64,000 nt of DNA, from assembly GCA_032718475.1 (NCBI GenBank), contig JAUCBJ010006938.1, positions 62,001-126,000 of the forward strand. The letters are read 5' to 3'. Both the position numbers and the translations under genes were made by a program. The notes below the pieces were generated by a model. That model had not been told where the DNA came from, searched no databases, and saw only the letters and a list, made by a program, of their open reading frames with translations. Of the stretch, positions 23,941-37,460 are shown piece by piece. Each line of letters starts with the position of its first letter. The first letter of the stretch is position 1. The DNA is from Nemertoderma westbladi (lineage: Eukaryota; Animalia; Xenacoelomorpha).

Positions 23941-24674
23941 GCTGGGCACGAACGGGTCCACCATGTATTACAGTAATACATCATCTTAAATGTATTACTC
24001 AATATTTATTACATTAAGTATATATATATCTTCATGTTTAAATTATTCATTGCATTACATTTTCTATTATTATAGAAAGCTACGCACACATCATAATATC
24101 ATTGAATGTTTCAGACATTTATACACTGGTCAATCCTGGCTTCTAGAAGAAGGATACTTCCCGACCGAGAGCTCATTTGGAGGTCACGATAGAATCTCCT
24201 CGATAAAAAAGGAATAGAAAGAAACCCAGATCGGTGATGGGGATACCAGAAACAAAACTATTCATTAAGAAACCCAGATCGGTGATGGGGATACCAGAAA
24301 CAAAACTATTCATAAAGAAACCCAGATCGGTGATGGTGATACCAGAAACGAAACTATTCATTAACCAAATCGTAAAACGAACTAAGGTGAAGGGGTAATC
24401 TAATAACCTTAAACTATATCAGTTGACTGACTGAGTCTGGTGAATTTATTAAAAAATTATTATTTATGTGTAAAATGTGTAAATATTTCTGTTGAGGTGG
24501 GGTACACCATTTTCTGACAACTCTTCGATTTATCACTATAGTAAAGGTTTTATCAGAGACTTACACCCCACAAACTACAAAAAAACTCTTCGATTTATCA
24601 CTCTCGGCGTTTCAAAATTGATTGATTTGATTTTTGATTGATTGGAGCTGAGGGCGGGTGTGTGCTATTCTACA
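23941..24674 (-). mobile_element. Orphan 5' LTR and primer-binding site of another LTR element (right boundary uncertain)
   Basis: gggtccacca directly followed by tgtattaca at 23964 (minus strand: ...CA-TGGTGGACCC). Confidence 0.4.
24219..24364. repeat. 48-bp tandem repeat, 3 copies
   Basis: aagaaacccagatcggtgatggggataccagaaacaaaactattcatt. Confidence 0.9.
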
Positions 24675-25499
24675 TTCCAGACCAAATACAAGGAAGAATG
24701 GAAGCTTATTATCAACCAACCACTCATTACAGGACTCTAGAACTGCACTTAACTTAATTAATTAATTAATAATTAACAATTTGAATGATCATTGAGAAAA
24801 TTGATCACGTTCCAAACAGTGGCCTTTTCTTTATTTGCGTCCAATTTCCCCTGGAGAGGGATGAATTTTTATTGATTGCGTCCAGTCCCCCCCCCCCCCC
24901 CCCCCCCTTTCTGCTCACACCAATAAATACACACTCGAACAAAATATCATTTGTATCATATTCTGGGCTGCCCAATGAATCCAAAACAAAGGAATTTAAA
25001 GGATAGAGCTAGGTAACTCACTTCGTTATCATTCATGAATCATGTATGTAAAAATACCCAATAAAGCGGTAATATACAGGTCCTTTTATTACATTAAATA
25101 ATTTATATCTATCAGGTGTCCTATTCTGGGCTGCCTAAACCAAACCCTACCAAAACCTAAACCTATACCCTGTCCTAAACCAAAATAAGGAATCTAGCAC
25201 GGAGCAAGGGCAAATTGAAACACTTATTAATAATTTATGTAAAATTCTCAATAAAGTGGTAATACACAGAACCTTTTAATACATTAAATCATTTTGATTT
25301 ATTTGATTACTATATTTGCATTGAGTATTATGCAGGGTAGGGAATGTCTGTTATGCATTCCAAATAAAACAATTATTATTAGATGAGAGTACACTGCAAT
25401 AGTAGTCTGTAACTAACAGACAGACAGACAGACCGTTTCTAGTCATGAACCGACAGGTAACTTACTGTAAGAATAGGTTACAAACCTGTCTGTCTGTCT

Positions 25500-25681
25500 G
25501 CAGCAGTTAGAGCACAGCATGAATTCCCATATAAGAGTACTGGTACTACTACAGCCATAAATAATGGAACCTTAAGGTTCCGTTTTATTCTATGGGACTT
25601 CCAAATCCTGGACAGTCTATGTAACGCTGCCCATGCCTTCCCCTTGAGTATCCAAAGGTCGTCACCTGACTTCGGATCCAT
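25500..25681 (-). mobile_element. RTE LINE fragment, continuous with 34076-34270 once the Gypsy insertion is removed
   Basis: KGKAWAALHRLSRIWKS..KVPLFMAVVVPVLLYG; similar to the RTE at 34670-34850. Confidence 0.8.
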
Positions 25682-25799
25682 TGTGGGGCGAGGATAATCC
25701 AACATAAAAAATCCTTCCACACAAATAATATAATATAATCAGTTGCTAAGAAGCGCAGAAGACTGTTAAGTCCTTTAGGGGCGCCACAGGGCCTCCCCC

Positions 25800-27121
25800 C
25801 TGCGAGGAGGACAGGGCCGAGTTCCTGGACGAGGTGGCGATTCGTCAGTCAGGGAAACGGGCTGGCCGGCGGACATGACGGTCTGAGAGAGTGTTACAGT
25901 TGCTGACAGTGGCGAACCAGGAGGCTGGTGAGGTTGTGGAATGGGCTGGGTCGGAGGCTGCATTGGCAGGTAGGCGGCTTTCAGCCGGTCCACAGAGACA
26001 GTATATTCTTTGCCATTGCAGTCGACAATGAAGGATTTGTCACTAGCTTGGAGGACGCGGAATGGACCGTCATAAGGTCGCCGTAAGGGTGAGGGGTGAG
26101 CATCGTGGCGGATGTACACGTGTGTGGCTTTTTCGAGGTCTGGAGGCATGTGGACTGGTGGGTCAGCGTGGAATACGACAGGAGGTGGCTGTATGGCACG
26201 CATGTCAGCCTGCAGCTGGCGGAGGGAAGCATCAGGCGGGGCTGTGGCACGCGAGGTATCTCGCACAAACTCACCTGGCACACGCATGGCTGTGCCAAAG
26301 ACAAGCTCAGCTGCTGATGCATTAGTGCCCTCGCACCAGGCAGTACGAATGCCGAGTAGGACAAAGGGTTGTTCATCCATCCAATTGTGTCCTGTTAGGC
26401 GTGCCTTCAGTGCTGATTTCAGTTGTCGGTGCAACCGCTCCACCATACCATTGGCTGCAGGGTGGTAGGCAGTTGTGTTGTTGGTTGAGATGCCGAGTGT
26501 TGCCCCGAGTTCGGACCAGAGGCAGCTTGTAAATTGAAAAAAGGGATATCCAGCCGCGGATGAGGGAGCACAAGTCACAGTCTCGCTATTGGTGATTGGT
26601 ATGGCCTCAGGCCAGCATGTGAAGCGGTCCATTATTGTGAAGAGGTAGACATTGCCCTCAGACTCTGGAAGAGGTCCAACAAGGTCGACGTGAAAACTGC
26701 CAAAACGTCGCTCTGCATGCGGGCGTTGAGTCACGGGTCCATGCACATGTTGGGTGACCTTTGACCCAGCGGCGCACATCACGCTTGAGTCCATGCCAAA
26801 CGAAACGGGAAGATATGGCGCGCTGTGTGGGTCGAGGCCCCGGGTGGGAGAGTCCATGAATTGCACCAAATTTACGATGGGTCCATGTTGCTGGGACAAT
26901 AGGGCGCGGTTTGCAGGTGGAGGTATCGCATAGGATGGAGACATTGTTTGTCAGTTGGACATCGACAAGTGCCATTCCAGTAATGGCTGTGTGGTAGGCA
27001 TTGATCTCTTCGCACTCTTGGTCAGCAGCTAACTTGGTGTAGTCAATAGTTGGGAGGGCAATGGCAGCAGAGGCACATACTGCTCGTGAGAGTGTGTCTG
27101 CAACGATGTTTCCTTTACCAC
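25800..27121 (-). pseudogene. Gypsy 1 integrase
   Basis: IHGLSHPG, HVDLVGPLP, DRFTCWPEA, TTAYHPAANGMVERLHR, PYDGPF, VSVDRLK. Confidence 0.85.
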
Positions 27122-27974
27122 TGTTAGCGCTTTTAGTACAATATGTTCTTCCAATCTCAATTGCATATATTTTGACTTGTTTAATACCTGTGCAGAGATT
27201 CTATGCATTTAGGGCTCCTTGACCACTGGACAATAAACGGGATTGCACTAGTGTACCTGTCAACAAGGACCGCTCACTGTGTCGATCACTTCCCTTTCCT
27301 TTCCTTCTCATGTATTGATTTGCTTTATAACTTATTTGGTTCGATACGGTATTTGATTATCTATTGTATTTAACTGAGATACTATACCGGGAGGGTGTGA
27401 CAACAAAGTATAACAAGTAAATGACTGACAAATTAATTCTGTAAGGGCTCAAGTTCGGTGTTTGTGTTTGCCTTTAGGGGAAACGTATAGTGACTTGTCT
27501 TTATGTATAATTATATGCATATTTATATCGCAATCAATTTATGACAACTCTCAATCGTGATACAATCAATAACAAGTGCTTTTCTTATATAATGGTCTGG
27601 TATATCGCCATATATTAATTATTTAGTAAATCAGAGATAAAACAATACACGAATCTAATACAATTGTCCAGATTATCACTGATACTTAATTGCAGAGACC
27701 CACCTGTTATGGCGCGTGTAAAACCTCCTTGATTACGTAATATTGGCGGTATATTAAACAATACGAGAGCAAATTGAGTTTAACGACAGAATATCAATTA
27801 ATAATAATAATTAACAAGGGAGATTACAAGACATAAGGACATTATACTAAGACATGTAATAAACACCGATTGTCAGTAATCTGACCAGTGCTTAAGAGCC
27901 TGCATGTGAAGGAAATTATTCTGCAGGACACAGATTACAAGTGCCTGAGTAGGCCAACCAACGAATATTTATAC

Positions 27975-30900
27975 TAGGTGGGATAAATATTTCTCCATTT
28001 GACGCAACACCGCCGCGGCCGCTATGAGGGAGGTGAATACCGCGGCCGCTCCTAAAGCCGCAGGCCATCGCTAACTATATAGGTTAACTTGGGATTCTGG
28101 GGGACTTTTCGATGAAGGAACTGACCAAATTTTTTTATTTTCTCACCAGGGTAGCGGCTCGGAATTCTAAGATATTAGCAACTCTAAAATTATTAAATCT
28201 AACCCTTCGACGGACACGGCGGACAAAAAACCGTCATTTTTTCGACAATTTTAAAATTTTTTTGAAAGGCGCTCTACAGTGGCTCGAAAAAACCCTAGGT
28301 TATTGCTTAGCCGACGCCGGGATACGATAGAAGGGATTAATTAGTGAATTCGTTTTTTTTTTCAAAAAAGATTACCACGCCTTTTTTCCGAAAATGTCCG
28401 TCAAAGTTGAAAAAACGGACAAAATGACTTTGCGGGATCCGCTATAACTCGGCTAATATTAATCGTACGGGGACGAAAGTAACGCGGTTGGAAAGGGGAA
28501 GAGTGGTACTACCTTCGTATCGAATGGGGGTAAGATATTTATTAAAATTTCGGGTGGAAAAAGGGGCCTTAACTTTTTCCGTTTTTTCCATCTTTTTTAC
28601 ATAATTATTATTTCCAAAATTTTTAATTCGACAACGCTAGTAGGAATCTTCCAATTCTTTTTCGGAAAGCGTAGAAGACCACAGGGGCTACATTCCTATC
28701 GAATGGGGGTACAAAAAATATGTAGGCAAAGGGGTCCAAAAAGGGCCAGAAAATGATAAAAAGTTTATAACTAACAACTTTTTTATTTTTGTCTGTAGAA
28801 GGTTAAAGTACATTTTATACGGTTAATATCGATACGGGGATTCCAAATATTCGATTGGTTTTGCCGCGCAAACGATATTAAAAAAATGAGGGCCAAAATT
28901 ATAATTTCGCGCTTCAAACTTGCTTCGCAGGAAATCGTCTAGCTCGAAAACTACTTAACTTACGGGAGATTTGTTTGTACACAGACTTATAGTGCGTTAA
29001 ATTATCTATCTAACAGCGTTAATCACAGCGCCGGAGGTATTATAAAACTGGAGCGGCAGGCAATCGTGTGAAATATAATATTTATAAAAAGGGACGAAAA
29101 TTTTTTTTTTTTAACAAATCGCTATTCCATTATAATTTAGCGTATTGCGCCAAAAGTACCTGTAAAAAGTCTCAAATTAACTCCACTATCTTTTATCTTA
29201 ACATATATAATTAAATTTACGAATTTTAAGGGTCGAAAAATATCGCGTTATTTTGGCCCTTTTTTTAATTTTTTTGGGGCCAAAAAGAACCCCTTCTCAA
29301 AAGATTAAGAAAAAAATTACGGCAAAGAATATACCAATTTTATTGAATTTGGACCACCAGAACCGAAGTTAGAGCGATTTTAGTGAAAAAATAAAAATAA
29401 TTTTTTTTGCAAAAAAATTAAGAATGGTCAGAATTGGAATTGGTCAGAATTGGATTTCGAACCCGCGAACTTAGGTTTCATTAACGTGATTGATAACCAC
29501 TAGACTATGTGACCAAGTGAATTTGAAATTTTCGAGTCACTATTTTTAAACATAAATAACTTCGGTTCTACAGGGCCGTTTGATCTGAAACTTTTTTCAT
29601 TGGATAGAGAATATATCGTAGTGTGTGAAATAGGATAAAACTTGGGAAAAGACTTATGTGCACTTAGTGCAAAATGCACTTAAATAGTGAACATTTTTTC
29701 GATATTTCAAACACTATTATTTCCAGTTCTATTCATCGTAGAATGTTATTTTTTGGATTAAAATGTAGTTTGGAATGATTTCTAACTATAATCGTAACAT
29801 TTGTTTAACTTTTTATGTCTATAAAGTGACTTAAAATGTCCATGAATATGGTCCAAAATCGCAAATCCAGATTTATTAAATTGGATTTTTGACACTTTTA
29901 GCGACTGACACTTGATCATACACCATCGTAGATCGGTAGAGGATAAACATAAGTTTGTTAAATAAGAGCCACCATTACGATCTGCTAAAGTGCATTTGTA
30001 CAAATAAGTGTGCAAAAGTGCAAATTTTTTAATAAGGTCAAATTATATAGTATTGGGTTCTTTTCTTTGCAGATACTTTATTTTCATATTAATATGTTGT
30101 TTGAACCTTACTGAGCGCATTAGGGGATATGCGTACAAATAACCGGCCCTTATGAGGCTTCGATTGGGTAAATTAATAAAACATAAGTTTGTATAGTATA
30201 ATATTCTAAAAACCAGTGTGATATTAAATGCACTTTAAATAATAAATAGAAATCAAATAACAATTGAACCACACAATTAAAAACTCGCACAATTTTGTAC
30301 TTATTATATCGCTTCAAATTAATTCAACAGTGGATATTTGGGGGAAGGGGGAAGTTACAGTGTGCATTCGGGGGAAGTTTGGTGAACTGCATTTATGCAG
30401 TGAATCCAAACTTCCCCCTTTGAGATATCATATACTTAAGACATGCTAGGGTGACGGGGAAATATTTGTTACTGTCACACTTTGCTTCCATTTATCCTAT
30501 CCTTTATTATTACCCCAGTCAGATAAGAGATAATAAATCAGTAAAAACTAAACTAAACTGTCTTTCATGCAAACAAATTTCTAACAAAGACGGGTGAATG
30601 ACCATGACCATGGAAATAATTTTAAATATAATTGTATATCAACTATTTGGGGAGGCTTCCAAGTTAAACCCGAAAACAATTATTTTGTTACATATATAGT
30701 AAATAACGTTGTATGTTCTTCTTCCTCTCATAATAAAATATAAATGAAATATCTCAGATCGCTATGCCCTGTAACATTTCACAACCAAAATATTTAAGTG
30801 TGAAAAGTGTAGGCCTACCACACTCCGCCCAAACAACCGCAAACGCATAGCCAACAAATTTAACAAAAGGTTACATACATGTTGGGTTCATGACGAGATG

Positions 30901-31205
30901 AGTGAAAATTGATCGCGTAATATAAAGTAAAAAACGGGCTGGCTCTCCTCCACTTTCTTACCCAATGGATATGTTGTTGTAATAATCTAATATTGGGGCG
31001 GCTTTCTCTCGGTATAGTTAATAGAATAATTTGGACCAATAAGACATCACGTATTCCATTGGGGCAATAAGACATCACGTATTCCGTTGAGGCTTACAGA
31101 GCCTCTGAGACTACAGAGCCTCAACCATCTACAGATGGTTGAGGATTGAATAGATTAGTTCGAATATATGTATAATAGCACTAGATGGCGTAAGAACCTT
31201 TACTA
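27975..31205. mobile_element. Unclassified non-coding, non-autonomous DNA-type repeat (Helitron/Helentron- or MITE-like)
   Basis: No ORFs, recurrent ataact...aaactttttt modules, GC palindromes near the left end, perfect hairpin cctcaaccatct-ac-agatggttgagg at 31119-31144; ends approximate. Confidence 0.4.
29442..29514 (-). pseudogene. tRNA-like sequence (pseudo-tRNA or SINE head)
   Basis: ggtca...tgacc acceptor-like ends, box A tagtctagtgg, box B ggttcgaaatcc; anticodon arm does not pair. Confidence 0.45.
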
Positions 31206-31322
31206 GAGAATAATTTGTTAGGAATAATTATTATGACACCGTAACTGGTCCTTTATCAATAAAAATATCGTTTTTGAGTAAAATAAGTAATTTTAAAGGC
31301 AGGATGTATAACTGCAGGAACA

Positions 31323-33872
31323 ACCACTGATGTGCCGTATATCCGTTGTGTATTCAGCAATAAGCGAGAGGTGATGAGTCAGGTGTGGTGAGCGGTTGGA
31401 ATCACTGGAGAAGGCAAAAACGAGGGGTTTATGGTCGGTATAAACCGTCTGTTGCTTGCCTTCTACATAGTGGCTGAAATGGCGGATGGCCTCATAGATT
31501 GCAAGCAGTTCCTTGTCGAAAGTGCTATAGTTTTTTTCTGCGGCTGAAAGCTTTCGCAAGAAAAAACTTATTGGCTTGCAGGTGCCCTCCTGAAATTGGG
31601 CAAGCTCCGCACTGACACCGTTGTTAGAGGCATCAACAGTGACTGATGTGGGTACGGATGGGTCAGGGTGGTGGAGCAGTGTGGCATCTGCTAGGGCAGA
31701 CTTGGCTGCCACAAAAGCCTCATTGCAGGCGTAGTTCAAGGTTATGGACTGTCCCTTTCCAGCAGTGGCCTCGTGGAGTGGGTTCAGCTTGGAAGCGAGG
31801 CGTGACATGAACCGACGGTATAAATTTATCATACCGAGGAAATGCTTGAGCTCAAGCTTCGAGGTGGGGATGGGGACATTGATGATGGCATCGACACGGG
31901 ATGTGAGTGGAGAGATTCCAGTGGTAGAGACGAAGTGGCCGAGGTATTGCAGCTCCAACTCCCCGAAGAGGCTCTTGCAGCCATTTTCAGCAAGCAGACG
32001 GAATACCTGGCACAGGTGCTCAGCATGCTCCTCGGCTGTGCTGCTCGAAACAAGGATGTCGTCAAAGTAGACGAAAATGTAATCAATGCCTTGCAATATG
32101 CCATCCATCAGCCGTTGGAATGCTTGTGCTGCATTCTTTAGGCAAAGGGGCATGCGTAAGAACACAAGGCATGGGACCGAAAGGCGTGATGATGGCAGTC
32201 TTGGTAATAGCATCAGCATGCATGGGGATATGGTGGAAACCCCAGACGAGGTCAATGACAGAGAAGAAACGCTTACCTGCAAGGTTATTGTTGAAATCCT
32301 GCAGGTGGGGAAGCGGGTAGTGGTCATCGATGGTAATGTCATTAAGGCACCTGTAGTCACCACATGGTCGCCATCAACCACTAGGTTTCGGGGCGATGTG
32401 GAGAGACAATGACTATGGCGAGGCAGAGTGGCGGGCAATGCTGAGGCATTCCATCTCATCAAATTCCGCCTTGGCGATGGCCAATTTCTCACCATAGAGC
32501 GCGCGCATGTACTGGTGGGGCCTCAGTGACAATGTGGTGCTCTGTGTTGTGCCTGACAGGGTCATCCGGCCAGAAACAAGGAACAAGTAGTTCTGGGAAA
32601 TCATCCAGTATAGCCTTGAAACAGGAGCGGACAGGATGAAGTCCAATGACTTGAGTTGGGCGGGCCGCCTTGGCGGGGATTGGCTGGAGATGGTCAATAC
32701 TGAGGAGTTGGCGGCCAGCAAGGTCGATGGCAAGGCGATTAGTTATAAAAAAATCTGCACCTAGGATGGGCTGTGTTACCTCTGCAATCCAGAAGCTCTG
32801 GACAAAAGTACGGTTGTTTCCGAGTATGAGGGAGATATCCCGTTTGCTATATATGCAGATAATTGAACAATTTGCAGCAATGAGGTGCGCAGAGTGAGTA
32901 CCATGGTGGTCATTGGTGGAGGCTGGGTAAACGCTCTCATCAGCACCAGAGTCAACAAGAAACGTGCAGCCAGATCGCCAGGCCCACACCGTCGTGGCCC
33001 CGCTCTTCATGGTGAGGGCATTATAGAAAGTCTTAGAAACATGCAATGACAATGAAAGCGATGTGGAAAACATGGGCGAGGGAGATGGGCCGACCGCTGC
33101 CACTAGCGGCCAGCCAATGCATTTTCCACAGCCAGTTTGGGTGTTTTGGCTGGCAGTAGGTGGGCCATGGGACACCTGTCTCAGTCGCAGTTGCGGGCCT
33201 TATCACCAAAACGGCTGTGGAAATAGCAAAGGTTCTTCTGTATCTGCTGAGGTTGGCGGGTGGCAGCAGCGACAGAACCGGTGTTGAACTGGCCAGCCTG
33301 CACAATCCGGTCAGCTTCCCTGGCCAGGTCGTCAAGGTCAGCTGTAGCTGAGTCAGCGAGGACATGATGGACATCAATGGGAAGTTGGGCTAAGAAAAGT
33401 GCGTGAAAAATCGTTTCCGGATCAGCGTTAAGTCCCTTCATGCGATGCAGCAGTGCGGAATGTAGGCGGTCGCCTAGTCCATGAAGGTTGATCAGTTCAT
33501 TGTCCTTAACAGCTTGCGTTTTACCAAATGCTTCAATTAGTGCAGTCTTCAGGGCATCGTAGCGGCCAATGGCGGGTGGGTTGAGGAGCAGTACACGGAC
33601 TTCGACTGCGGTTGATTTGTCAAGTGCAGAAACAACATGGTTGAACTTAGTCTGGTCAGCAGTGATGGCAGGCGCACGGGAGGCAAACCCCAGTTTGCCT
33701 GCACAAACCATACCTCCGGGTCAGCTGTCCAGAAAACAGGCAGTTTTAGTGCAACGGCTGTAACATGCGGTCCAGTAAGGCTTGAAGTACCTGCGCTGCT
33801 AGGAGCTACCTGGTTGGCGAGAGTTTTGGCGAGTGTGTCGAACTGCTCCTCAGTAAGGACTGGTTGGGCCAT
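31323..33872 (-). pseudogene. Gypsy 1 gag-protease-RT-RNase H (multiple frameshifts)
   Basis: KLPVFWTADPEVWF, CYFHSRFGDKARNC, FLVDSGA, ILGADF, NAAQAFQRLMD, YFDD, VDAS, ELLAI, TDHKPL. Confidence 0.9.
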
Positions 33873-34279
33873 AGTGCGGTTGCGAAACGTTCAGTTAGAG
33901 TCTTGGTCAGCAATTGTGGGGCGAGGATAATCCAACATAAAAAATCCTTGCACATAAATAATATAATATAATGTCAGAAAAATCTACTGACTAACAGACA
34001 GCACAGTGCAGTATAATTACTGAATTATCAGAGAGGCGCAGAAGACTGTTAGGTCCTTTTGGGGCGCCACACCATGATTCCAAGTAGCAGAAGTCATCCA
34101 TGTGCTCAAGCAAGCCATCGCTGGAGCTTGTGCACTTACGATCAGACATTTCTTGGGGGCTGTCATGGTTGACTGTCATGATTTTGGTCTTCCTGGAGTA
34201 TGCAAAAAGACCAACACGAGAAGCAACCTGATCCAATGTGCAGAGGACACTCTTTGTACTACTAGGATCGGCATGCTGC

Positions 34280-36270
34280 ATTGCAGCTGCATTTTTAAGA
34301 ATGCTGTGCCGGCTTGTCAACAAAATTGCACCGCCACAACTCCCTATCACCCATGACATTTGCTAGATCATCCGCATCTTCAAGGCTAGTGTCCTTTAAG
34401 ATGCGTTTCAAGAAAGTCATGGGCTGTCCACCATGCTTATTCACTCCATGAGGCTGCCAAAGTACAAGATTATGCACTGGCTGGTCCTCATGGCGAAAGC
34501 AATGTCCTGCAAAGTGGAGGCGATTTTGTTCTAGTGTCAAGCTTGGGGGAACCAATGAGTCACCTCCAATGTTATATAGTGTCTGGTTGGAGATGTGTGC
34601 ATTGTACTTGACACAATGAACCCGGCGTAGCATTCTTGTGAATGTGCCATCCAGAGATTTGGTGTCCTCAGCAGTTAGAGCCCAGCATGGACTCCCGTAG
34701 AGGAGTACTGGAACTACTGCTGCTCTAAATAATCGGACCTTAAGTTTCCGATTAATTCTCGGTGACTTCCAAATCCTGGAAAGCCTATTCAAAGCTGCCC
34801 ATGCCTTTCCCTTACGTATTCGAAGGTCCTCACCTGACTTCCGGATCCATGATCCCAGGTAACAGAAGTCGTCCACATGCTCAATCAAGCATACCATCCT
34901 TTGAGCTTATGCTCATCCGATCAGAGACTTGCTGAGGACTTTCAAAGTTAACTGTCAAAATTTTGGTCTTTCTGGAGTTAATAAAAAGACCAACACTAGA
35001 ATCAGCATGTTCTAATGAGCTGAGGAGCCGTTGGGCTCCCTCTAATGATTCTGAGAGTACTCCTAAGTCATCAGCAAAGTCAAGATCAGTTAGGTACTTG
35101 GCAGGATTTCCTCGACTTCTGGAGCCAGTAGGCGGAGTTATTATCACCCCATCATCATTATGATGATCTAAGGACATGCGTAGAACCACAATAATGAACA
35201 AGAATGGTGCAAGTGTGTCTCCTTGGAGGACGCCCCATAACACTTCAAATGGTTCTGTGTCACCGTCAACAGTAGACACAAATGTTGTCGAACCATCGTA
35301 TACTGATCTGATTGCTGCAATAATTTCATCAGGAATCCCATATAATGAAAGTATGCTGAACATACGTGAGCGAGAGACTGAATCAAAGGCCTTGAAGAAG
35401 TCAACAAAGATAACAGCCAGATGCCTGTCTTTCTTTTTTGATAATTCTTCAATTATCCTTCTAAGTGCCAAAATGGGCTCCATGGTCCCACGATCTTTAC
35501 GGAACCCATTCTGATTTCCACGGAGCAGTCTCTCAATGGGATCCCTGATGCGATTTAATAGAATCCTATTGTATAGCTTTGCAGCAATCGAGATCAATGA
35601 GATTCCCCGAAAAGAACCATAGAGTGTTAGGTTGCCCTTCTTGGGAACTGGCACCAACTTATTTGTTTTCATTTCTTGCGGGACTCTTGTTGTTCGGTAC
35701 ATGTCTACTACGATGGGATAGATGAGCTTTAAACACTCAGGTATTTTAAAGACCTCAGGGGGAACACCATCTACTCCACTGACACGATTGGTCTTAATGC
35801 TCTTTGCAGCAGCCTTCACTTCTGCAAATGAGATACAGCCAATAGGAATATCTGGGAGTACAGACTCAGACACTTTTACTTCTATAAAGTTATCAGGCAA
35901 TACCCTGTCATTATTGAGGAGCTTTTCAAAGTGGGCTTTCCAACCATTGAGGTGATCGGCTGGTGATTCAGCCTTAACCTTGGTGGTTGGTTGGCTTTTC
36001 CGCCCAGTAAGCAAATTGATCGATTTCCATGCCTGGAATGATTGCCTGCTGTCGTCAGCATCATTGATGGCATCAACCTGTTGGTTTATTAGCTCCTGTA
36101 GATTAACAGAGTACTGCCTGTTCAGGGACCTAGATGCAGCCTTAAATGCATTCTTGGCCACTGTAGTCTGTTTGAGTCGGGACTCTTTCTGCGCCTTATG
36201 AAGGTCATTTCGGCACTTCTGAATTTTGTTGTCAGTCCAGGGGGCCCTTTTCCTGTTTCGAGGGTATACA
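34280..36270 (-). mobile_element. 5'-truncated RTE-clade LINE (RT and C-terminus, one frameshift)
   Basis: FRGISLISIAAKLYNRILLNRI, FVDFFKAFDS, GVLQGDTLAPFLF, FADD, RLHFAGHC. Confidence 0.9.
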
Positions 36271-36885
36271 GGAACCGTTCAACATTCTTTGTGGCCAAGG
36301 TTCACTGTCGTAATTATGGTCTTCTTAGAGTAAAAAGACCAAGACCAACAGAACAACGGGGACCTATAACAATGTTTGATGAAGTACACAGGGCTGGAGT
36401 TTTACTAAACCACACATATGTCATGACAGAGCTAATGAATGTGCTTGATGGCTGGGGCCTGTTATGTCACCCCTATTTAACCCCCTATTTCACCCCCTAT
36501 TAAACAGCGAGGATGTTGAAAGGAGTATCAGTCGTTTGTGACAAGGATGTGGATGGATTAATACCAGAAAGCATCTTCTCGAACAGGAGCTTAATACTTC
36601 AACATGGTGATGCGGGAAGTGATGAAAGTATCCAGTAGAAGTTTAATGGCTGATGGATTTTCTTTTTGCAACTCATCGATGATTCCATCTTTCATTCATC
36701 ACATTTAATTTCATCATCGTGGCTATTAAGTTTTAGAAGTATATCAGCTAATTCAGCCTTGCGATACTGGTAAAGTTTATAGACATGTTGTACTGTAGAT
36801 ACTGTTTCAAATATACAATGTAAATAGGACAATATGATAATGCTCTCCAAAGCGAAAAATATCAACCGGCCCTATTAGGGCTCGA

Positions 36886-36929
36886 ACCCGGTACCTAGGT
36901 TTCAAACTTCTGATTATCATCAGCCGGGT
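36886..36929 (-). ncRNA. Type I hammerhead ribozyme, copy 1 (intact core and stem I)
   Basis: ACCCGG-CUGAUGA-UAAU cagaa GUUU-GAAA-CCUAGG-UA^-CCGGGU. Confidence 0.85.
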
Positions 36930-37253
36930 GAGTGTACTGAGCTACCAGACCGGATGATTATTTCGCTGTGGAGTGGGAGATCACATTTAGGCCAACTAAT
37001 CACTCAAAGGAAAGTACAAGTTCGTTATTCCCGTGCTCTGCCAGAAATGGCAACCATGCCTCAAAGAATAACTATTATACAGTGTTGTAGAAACCACTGT
37101 AACCCCGTATGCCTGGCCCAGGCTGTTAATTAATAATAATAAGTGAATTGTTGTGGGGAGAGTGACGCGGTGTATTAAATATACAATGTAAATAGGACAA
37201 TATGATAATGCTCTCCAAAGCGAAAAATATCAACCGGCCCTATTGGGGCTCGA

Positions 37254-37297
37254 ACCCGGTACCTATGTTTCAAACTTCTGGTTATCATCAGCCTGGT
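37254..37297 (-). ncRNA. Type I hammerhead ribozyme, copy 2 (substitutions in stems I and III)
   Basis: ACCAGG-CUGAUGA-UAAC cagaa GUUU-GAAA-CAUAGG-UA-CCGGGU. Confidence 0.7.
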
Positions 37298-37460
37298 GAG
37301 TGTACTGAGATACCAGACCGGATGAATATTTCGCTGTGGAGTGGGAGATCACATTTAGGCCAACTAATACTTGTACTTTCCTTTGAGTGATTAGTTGGCC
37401 TAAATGTGATCTCCCACTCCACAGCGAAATATTCATCCGGTCTGGTAGCTCAGTACACTC

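Larger units (their letters stand above)
27122..31322. mobile_element. Solo-LTR-like insertion (TG...CA) that itself contains a DNA-type repeat
   Basis: tgttag...ggaaca flanked by 5-bp TSD accac (27117-27121 / 31323-31327); splits the RHISGK motif of Gypsy 1 pol. Confidence 0.7.
25682..34071 (-). mobile_element. Decayed Gypsy element 1 (CsRn1-like) with a 4.2-kb nested insertion
   Basis: LTRs tgtggggcg...gcgccaca at 25682-25788 and 33915-34071, TSD ccat, PPT next to the left LTR, gag-PR-RT-RH-IN order. Confidence 0.9.

Noticed and set aside
24960-25300. Diverged ~170-bp tandem duplication
   Set aside because: Ordinary local repeat with no sign of function
29442-29514. Functional tRNA gene
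   Set aside because: Anticodon and T stems do not pair
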